From an uncultured Actinomycetota bacterium (GTDB taxonomy: Bacteria; Actinomycetota; Actinomycetes; JAHEKZ01): a stretch of DNA of 64,000 nucleotides. Shown here in pieces: positions 57,933 through 64,000 of this stretch (its first letter is position 1; the number at the start of each line of letters is the position of its first letter). Location: contig CAVQYR010000001.1 in assembly GCA_963718235.1 (NCBI GenBank), positions 64,001 through 128,000 on the forward strand. Reading direction: 5' to 3'. The notes below the pieces were generated by a model. It saw nothing but the letters and a program-made list of their open reading frames with translations, was not told where the DNA came from and did no database searches. The position numbers were made by a program, and so were the translations under genes.

Positions 57933-58760
57933 CTACATCAGGCCGCCGCCACGGCCGGCGTCCTCTTCCTTGGACAGCTTCTGGGACGCCCAGATCGGCA
58001 GGATCGACACGATGATCACGACGGTGGCCACCACGTTGACCACCGGTCCGGCCGTGGGCCGGAACAGGCTGTTGAAGATCCACAGCGGCAGGGTCTCGAT
58101 GCCAGGCCCGGCGACGAACCGGGTGACGATGATCTCGTCGAACGACAGCCCGAAGGCCAGCAGGGCGCCGGCGACCAGCGCCCCCCTCACCGCGGGGAAG
58201 GTCACGAACCGAAAGGTCTGGAACGAGTCCGCACCGAGGTCCATCGACGCCTGCTCGACCGAGCCGGACATCCGCCGGAGCCGGGCCAGCGCGTTGTTGT
58301 AGATGACGACGATCGTGAACGTCACGTGGCCCAGGATCAAGGTCACCCAGCCGAACGAGATCCCGAGGTAAGGGTCCAGCACCGTGCGCACCGAAGCGGC
58401 CAGGGCGATCCCTGTGACGATGCCGGGAAGGGCGATGGGCAGCACGACGAGGAAGGACACCGACTCGCGCCCGAACCACCGGTAGCGCTGGATCGAGAAG
58501 GCGAGCATCGTGCCGAGCACGATCGACACCACCGTGGCGACCGAGGCAAGGGCGATCGACCGGCCGAACGCCGCGATGGCCTCGGAGTCCTGGGCTGCCT
58601 TGCCCCACCACTCCAGGGTCAGGCCCTTGGGGGGAAACGTGAACGACTGGCTCACGTTGAACGAGTTGATGACCACGATCGCCAGCGGCAGGTACAGGAA
58701 GAGCAGGCCGAGCACCAGTAGTCCGAGGAGCACCGCGCGGGAGCTGCGTGACAAGGTCAT
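57933..58760 (-). CDS. Polyamine ABC transporter permease (PotC-like)
   Basis: FLYLPL, EQASMDLGA, LSFDE, TLPLWI. Confidence 0.88.
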   Translation of the reverse strand: MTLSRSSRAVLLGLLVLGLLFLYLPLAIVVINSFNVSQSFTFPPKGLTLEWWGKAAQDSEAIAAFGRSIALASVATVVSIVLGTMLAFSIQRYRWFGRESVSFLVVLPIALPGIVTGIALAASVRTVLDPYLGISFGWVTLILGHVTFTIVVIYNNALARLRRMSGSVEQASMDLGADSFQTFRFVTFPAVRGALVAGALLAFGLSFDEIIVTRFVAGPGIETLPLWIFNSLFRPTAGPVVNVVATVVIIVSILPIWASQKLSKEEDAGRGGGLM

Positions 58761-58764
58761 GGCG

Positions 58765-59667
58765 TCAGAGCTCGCTCAGTGCGCCGGTGCGCCGCACGAG
58801 GAACAGGTAGAGGAGAACGATCACCACGGGGACGAGTGACAACGCCGCTGCGATCGGCAGGTTGTACACCTGCTGGGCGTACACGAGGTTGCCGAGGAAC
58901 TGCACCTTGCCACCCACGAGCTCGACGGCGATGTAGTCACCCAGGGTCAGCGAGAACGTGAAGATCGAGCCGGCGATCACACTCGGGACAATGATCGGCA
59001 GGATCACCGATCGGAAGGTGCGGCCTGACTTGGCCCCGAGATCGGCGGATGCGTCGAGCAGGGAGTTGGGCAGGCGCTCGAGCCCGGCGTAGATCGGCAG
59101 GATCATGTAGGGCAACCACAGGTAGCCCAGCGTCAGCACCGTGAACCAGTAGTTCCCGTTGGGCGCGTCGATGCCGAACGGCTTGAGCAGCCAGTCGGCG
59201 GGGCCGTCGTTGGAGAAGATCGCCCGCCACGCGTAGGCCTTGACCAGGTAGGAGGCCCACAGAGGGGCGAGCACGGCGATGACGAGCAGCCGTTGGGCCC
59301 GGACCGACGCGACCTTCGCCATGTAGAAGGCCATCGGAAGCGCGATCAGTGCATCGGCGACCGTGACGACGATCGCGGCCAGCAGGGTACGTCCGGTGAC
59401 GACCCGGTAGACCTCGGTGGTGAGGATCGTCTGGAAGTTGTCCAGGCTCCAGGTGTGGATCACGTTCCCAGTGAACGAGTCTGTGGTCCACAGCGAGTTG
59501 AGCAGGAGCAGGAACAGCGAGCCCAGGTAGACGACGACCAAGAACCCCAGCGGCAGCGCCACGAGCAGCAGCAGTCGGGTCAGCGGATGACGGTGCAGGA
59601 ACGCCGACAGCCTGCGCCCCGGCCCACGGCTGGGGGCCGCGACCGCAGGAGCAGTCGTCGTCATCAC
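58765..59667 (-). CDS. Polyamine ABC transporter permease (PotB-like)
   Basis: PLWASYLVK.YAW, LPYMILPIY, ASADLGA. Confidence 0.88.
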   Translation of the reverse strand: MMTTTAPAVAAPSRGPGRRLSAFLHRHPLTRLLLLVALPLGFLVVVYLGSLFLLLLNSLWTTDSFTGNVIHTWSLDNFQTILTTEVYRVVTGRTLLAAIVVTVADALIALPMAFYMAKVASVRAQRLLVIAVLAPLWASYLVKAYAWRAIFSNDGPADWLLKPFGIDAPNGNYWFTVLTLGYLWLPYMILPIYAGLERLPNSLLDASADLGAKSGRTFRSVILPIIVPSVIAGSIFTFSLTLGDYIAVELVGGKVQFLGNLVYAQQVYNLPIAAALSLVPVVIVLLYLFLVRRTGALSEL

Positions 59668-59682
59668 ACCGAGCCCTTCTGC

Positions 59683-59730
59683 CGCTGACGGGGGTGCGGT
59701 GACCGTCTGGTCACCGCACCCCCGTCAGCG
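59683..59730 (-). terminator. 22-bp perfect stem-loop between SBP and permease genes
   Basis: CGCTGACGGGGGTGCGGTGACC-GTCT-GGTCACCGCACCCCCGTCAGCG. Confidence 0.8.
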
Positions 59731-59766
59731 ATCAACAGTGCTGCTTCAGATCAACGCGCGGTCAGG

Positions 59767-60951
59767 TCACGCACCACGCAGGTTGGTCCACGCAGTGACC
59801 CACTCCGAGTAGTCCTTGCAGACGACGTCGGTACGACCGTCCAAGCACTCCTTACGCGGAGTGTTCCAGTAGTAGACGTTCGTCCAGTAGTCCTCCTCGG
59901 TCGCGTGGAACACGTCGCAGTGGTCCTTGTCGGCCGTGAGCTCACAGGACTTCTCGTTCGCCGGCGCCTCGCCGAAGAACTCCGCCACGTCGGCGTTGGC
60001 CTGCGGCGAGACGATGTGGTCCATCCACAGGTAGGCACAGTTCGGGTGCTCGGCCTGCGAGGAGATCATCCACGTGTCGGACCAGCCCGTCGCGCCATCG
60101 GCGGGCTTGACGGTCTTGATCGGCGCATCCAGCGCGGCGTAGTTGGCGTTGACCTGCCAGGACCAGCCGAGCACGACATCGCCCTTGACGAAGTCCTGGA
60201 TCTGCTGGTTGTAGTCCGACCAGTAGTTGGCCAGGATCGGCTCCTGTGCCTCGAGCGCGGCGATCGCCGCGTCGAACTGGGTCTGGTCCAGCGAGTACGG
60301 GTCGGTGATCCCCAGGTCTGGCTGGGTCTCCATCAGGTACACCGCCGCGTCGGCGATGTAGATCGGCGAGTCGTAGCCGGTGATCTTCCCGGCATAGGGG
60401 CTGTTCGGGTCGAAGATGTCCGACCAGGCGGTCGGTGCCGGCTTGACGATGTCGCTGCGCCACTGGACCAGGTTGGCCCCACGACCGTGGGGGATGCCGT
60501 AGTTCACACCGTTGACGGTGTTCCACGACTGGTCCTTGAGGCCGTCGAAGATATCGGCGTAGTTGGGCACGAGGTCGGTGTTCACCGGGGCCACATCGCC
60601 GCCGTAGATCAGACGCAGCGACGCGTCGCCTGAAGCGGAGACGACGTCGTACTGACCGGTCTTCATCAACGTGACTGCTTCGTCGGACGTCGGGAAGTAG
60701 GTCACCTTGGCCTTGCAGCCGGTCTCCTCCTCGAAGGGCTTGACCCACGACTTCTCGGCATATCCCGGCCACGCCAGGATGTTGACGGCACCCTCGCCGT
60801 CACCGACGGCCGTAGCTGCGGGGATGTCCGGCGGGTTTCCGGCGGCAGCGGTCGAGCCGCCATCGGTCTCATCGCCGCCCCCACACGCCGTGGCGACGAG
60901 CGCGACTGCACCAAGGGTGGCAGCCAGTCTGAGCAGACGCTTACGCGGCAT
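59767..60951 (-). CDS. Polyamine/GABA ABC transporter substrate-binding lipoprotein
   Basis: Lipobox ATAC; AWPGY, FEEETGC, SGDAS, TGWSDTWM; RBS GGAGG. Confidence 0.88.
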   Translation of the reverse strand: MPRKRLLRLAATLGAVALVATACGGGDETDGGSTAAAGNPPDIPAATAVGDGEGAVNILAWPGYAEKSWVKPFEEETGCKAKVTYFPTSDEAVTLMKTGQYDVVSASGDASLRLIYGGDVAPVNTDLVPNYADIFDGLKDQSWNTVNGVNYGIPHGRGANLVQWRSDIVKPAPTAWSDIFDPNSPYAGKITGYDSPIYIADAAVYLMETQPDLGITDPYSLDQTQFDAAIAALEAQEPILANYWSDYNQQIQDFVKGDVVLGWSWQVNANYAALDAPIKTVKPADGATGWSDTWMISSQAEHPNCAYLWMDHIVSPQANADVAEFFGEAPANEKSCELTADKDHCDVFHATEEDYWTNVYYWNTPRKECLDGRTDVVCKDYSEWVTAWTNLRGA

Positions 60952-60977
60952 CTGCGGCCTCCGTTCCTGTTGTTCGG

Positions 60978-62087
60978 TCACGTGGCATCAGCCACGCGAA
61001 ACTCGTGTGTCTTGTTCCAGATCAGACGCACACGGGTGTTGCGGTATCCCGAGACGTCAGAGGACGACGACTCCAGGTTCTGTTGCACGGCGACCAGACG
61101 GCCGCCTGCCTCGAGGTCGACGATGAAGCGGGTGAAGGCGCCGACGTACTCGACCTCGTGCACCGACCCCAGGGCCGAGTCCTCGTCGGACGCAGGTCGG
61201 GTCTCGACGCCGGACACGCGGATCTTCTCCGGCCTGATCGAGAAGGTGCCGTCTTCGCCCACGATCTGTCGGGCGGCGTCGCCGGCCACCAGGTTCGACG
61301 TGCCGACGAAGCCGGCGACGAACGGGCTCGCCGGCTGCTCGTAGATCTCCGCGGGTGTCCCGAGCTGCTGGATCCGGCCGGCGTCGAAGACCGCGATCCG
61401 GTCCGACATGGTGAGCGCCTCTTCCTGGTCGTGCGTGACGAACACGAACGTGATCCCGACCTCGCGCTGCAGCTCCTTCAGCTCGACCTGCATCTCCTGG
61501 CGCAGCTTGAGGTCCAGGGCCCCCAGAGGCTCGTCGAGCAGAAGCACCCGCGGGCGGTTGACCAAGGCTCGGGCCAGCGCAACCCGCTGGCGCTGACCTC
61601 CCGACAGCTGGCTGGGCTTGCGGGCCCCGTAGTCGGCGAGCCGGACGGCGGCCAGTGCGCTAGAGGCCCGCTCCCGGCGATCGGCCTTGGGCACCTTCTT
61701 GACCCGCAGGCCGTACTCGATGTTCTGCAGCACCGTCATGTGCGGGAACAGCGCGTAGTCCTGGAACACCGTGTTGACATCTCGGTCGAAGGGCGCCTTC
61801 TGCGAGACGTCCTCCCCGGACAACAGAATGGTTCCCGACGTGGGCAGCTCGAACCCGGCGATCATCCGGAGCACCGTGGTCTTGCCCGAGCCCGACGGGC
61901 CGAGCAGCGTGAGGAACTCGCCGTCGACGATGTCGAGGTCGACGTCGTCGACGGCGACGACGTCACCGAAGGTCTTGCGCAGTCCACGCAGCGACACCGC
62001 TGTGCGTCCCGACGACCCCACGGATGGGCCGGAGGAGACCGCGGCTGACTGCGGCATCGCTATCGCACTCCCCATCGCTTCGATCAT
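60978..62087 (-). CDS. Polyamine ABC transporter ATP-binding protein (PotA-like)
   Basis: [38 protein letters not shown] domain. Confidence 0.92.
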   Translation of the reverse strand: MIEAMGSAIAMPQSAAVSSGPSVGSSGRTAVSLRGLRKTFGDVVAVDDVDLDIVDGEFLTLLGPSGSGKTTVLRMIAGFELPTSGTILLSGEDVSQKAPFDRDVNTVFQDYALFPHMTVLQNIEYGLRVKKVPKADRRERASSALAAVRLADYGARKPSQLSGGQRQRVALARALVNRPRVLLLDEPLGALDLKLRQEMQVELKELQREVGITFVFVTHDQEEALTMSDRIAVFDAGRIQQLGTPAEIYEQPASPFVAGFVGTSNLVAGDAARQIVGEDGTFSIRPEKIRVSGVETRPASDEDSALGSVHEVEYVGAFTRFIVDLEAGGRLVAVQQNLESSSSDVSGYRNTRVRLIWNKTHEFRVADAT

Positions 62088-62243
62088 GGGCGCTCGGACC
62101 GTACGCGGTTCGCCCAGGGATACCGTCTCCGGTGAACGCAGTAAACCCCGCAGGTGGGGGCCGCACCTAGTGCTCGGCCAGGCTGCGCAGCAATCGTTAC
62201 CCGGTCGTCATGCGCCGCCGTCGACCGCTCACGGGAGCGCGCC

Positions 62244-63026
62244 TCAGCCGAGCAGCGGGAGCAGGTCTGAGAGGTCGGCCCGCTGCCCACTGGCCCGGAC
62301 CTGCCCCGCGGCCACCGCCTGCCCCCACGTCTGGCGACCCGCGGCGAGGCGCAGCCAGGTGACGGCGTCGGTCTCGACCACCGCAGGTGGCGTGCCCCGG
62401 GTGTGGGCCGGCCCAGCCACGCACTGGACGGCGCCGAACGGCGGGATGCGCAGCTCCACGCTCTGCCCGGGTGCGCGCGTCGCCGCCACCCCGGTCAGAC
62501 ATCGGACGGCGTGCTGCAGCGCAGCCCGGGTCATGGGTGGCCCGGAGGGGAGCGAGCGACCCAGATCGTCGCCGTGCACGGTGAGCTCGACCAGTCGGGT
62601 GAGCAAGAAGTCATCGATCCGCACCGGCCCCCGCCGAGCAGCCACCACCCGCGCCCCGTCGCCACCTGCGGCGACGAAGGCGGACATGGCCTGGGTGACG
62701 GCGAGTGCCCGGTCATCGAGTGTCTGCAGGACCGGGCTCGTCGCCATGTCGCGCGTGCGGGTGGAGATCATGACTGCACCACCTGCGTAGCTCGCCAGGT
62801 AGTCCGACAGCGACAGGGGCCGTTTCGTCGTCGGAGACCCGGCAGCCAGCGCCAGCGAGTCGGCCACCAGCGCGAAGTGGGCAACGAGCTCACGAACGGT
62901 CCAGCCGGCCACCGCGCTGGGCTGCGCGAAGTCGGAATCGCGAAGCGTTCCAACCCACGTGCGAAAGGCCCGCCACTGCTCGTCGTAGGCGGCCTGCAGC
63001 TTGTCGAGGGAAGCGCGCCTGGGCAT
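62244..63026 (-). CDS. Mycothiol-dependent maleylpyruvate isomerase-like (MDMPI) protein with SCP-like C-terminus
   Basis: GWTVRELVAH, RLVELTVHGDDL, APG.SVELRIPP, GPAHTRGTPP.VVE. Confidence 0.83.
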   Translation of the reverse strand: MPRRASLDKLQAAYDEQWRAFRTWVGTLRDSDFAQPSAVAGWTVRELVAHFALVADSLALAAGSPTTKRPLSLSDYLASYAGGAVMISTRTRDMATSPVLQTLDDRALAVTQAMSAFVAAGGDGARVVAARRGPVRIDDFLLTRLVELTVHGDDLGRSLPSGPPMTRAALQHAVRCLTGVAATRAPGQSVELRIPPFGAVQCVAGPAHTRGTPPAVVETDAVTWLRLAAGRQTWGQAVAAGQVRASGQRADLSDLLPLLG

Positions 63027-63046
63027 GCGTGGCTGCGCCCTTCGTG

Positions 63047-64000
63047 CTACTGCGCGGTGGGTGAGTCGTGGTCGAACAGGCGGGGGAACGTGGCCTCGCT
63101 CACCGCTCGAAGCTCAGCCAGCGGCAGGTCGAACAGCGACTGCACGTCGAGGGAGTCCCCGTCGACGACACCGATCCGGCGCAGCGGCACATGACGAGCG
63201 AGACACATGTCGCTGAACCGCACCTCCTCCGCGCGAGGCACCGTGACGACCACCCGACCCGACGACTCGCTGAACAGCGCAACGAACGGGTCGAGGTGGT
63301 CCGGCAGGAAGATCCGAGCTCCTCGACCGGAGCGCAGAGCCATCTCCACCAAGGTCTGCGCAAGCCCACCGACCGACACGTCGTGCGCCGCGCTGAGCAT
63401 CCCGTCGCGCGACCCCCCGACCAGGATCTCAGCCAGCTGTCGCTCGCGTGCGAAGTCGACGGCCGGCGGGCGACCCCCGAGATGACGGTGGACGACGTGC
63501 GCCCACTCGCTGCCGCCGAGCTCGTCACGCGTGTCGCCGACCAGCAGGACCACGTCGCCCTCATTCGCGAAGGCCATCGGTATGCGGCGCTCGACGTCGT
63601 CGATCACGCCGAGGACACCCACCACCGGTGTCGGCAGGATCGGAGAACCACCGGTCTGGTTGTAGAAGCTCACGTTGCCGCCGGTGACCGGGGTGCCGAG
63701 CTGCTGACACCCGTCGGCCAGCCCACGCACGGCCTCGGCGAACTGCCACATGACGGCGGGATCCTCCGGGGACCCGAAGTTCAGGCAGTCGGTGACCGCC
63801 AGCGGCCTGGCCCCGGTGGTGGCGACGTTGCGGTAGGCCTCGGCGAGCACGAGCTGGGCACCCAGGTAGGGGTCGAGCCGGCACCAGCGACCGTTCCCGT
63901 CGGTGGCGACGGCCACCCCGAGCCCGGACTCCTCGTCGATGCGGACCATGCCGGCGTCCTCGGGCTGGGCCAAGACCGTGTTCCCGATCACGTAGCGGTC
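63047..64000 (-). CDS. purL: Phosphoribosylformylglycinamidine synthase subunit PurL (C-terminal part, runs off window)
   Basis: [35 protein letters not shown]. Confidence 0.96.
   Translation of the reverse strand, partial: DRYVIGNTVLAQPEDAGMVRIDEESGLGVAVATDGNGRWCRLDPYLGAQLVLAEAYRNVATTGARPLAVTDCLNFGSPEDPAVMWQFAEAVRGLADGCQQLGTPVTGGNVSFYNQTGGSPILPTPVVGVLGVIDDVERRIPMAFANEGDVVLLVGDTRDELGGSEWAHVVHRHLGGRPPAVDFARERQLAEILVGGSRDGMLSAAHDVSVGGLAQTLVEMALRSGRGARIFLPDHLDPFVALFSESSGRVVVTVPRAEEVRFSDMCLARHVPLRRIGVVDGDSLDVQSLFDLPLAELRAVSEATFPRLFDHDSPTAQ

Noticed and set aside
62131-62146. GTGAAC/GTAAAC pair upstream of the polyamine ABC operon as a PHO or GlnR box
   Set aside because: Spacing is 9 nt, not the 11 nt required

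Overview
High-GC actinobacterial chromosomal segment. The synteny CYTH/CHAD-mutT1-pit-pstSCAB ... tRNA-Glu/Asp/Phe ... bldC-vdh-DUF3073-purM-purF ... purL resembles the Streptomyces core region. It holds about 55 CDS, four tRNAs (Lys, Glu, Asp, Phe) and a c-di-AMP (ydaO) riboswitch. I found no CRISPR array, integrase, transposase or prophage gene. Phosphate physiology is a strong theme: two PiT transporters, PstSCAB, DUF47, a CHAD protein, an alkaline-phosphatase-family enzyme and several 11-bp PHO-box arrays. The best candidate for an undescribed element is a 35-aa ORF missing from the ORF track (3926-4033). It has its own four-unit PHO box, a strong RBS and a terminator, and sits between pit and pstS. 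Other leads are a divergent MshC/CysRS-like ligase, structured leaders upstream of an RpfB-like gene and a DEAD-box helicase, an inverted PHO box at the second pit gene, a Sua5 operon with an unknown Rossmann-like protein, BldC-type repeats and small dispersed palindromes. Three otherwise intact genes carry single frameshifts that look like sequencing errors. Product calls come from motif recognition only; no database search was run.
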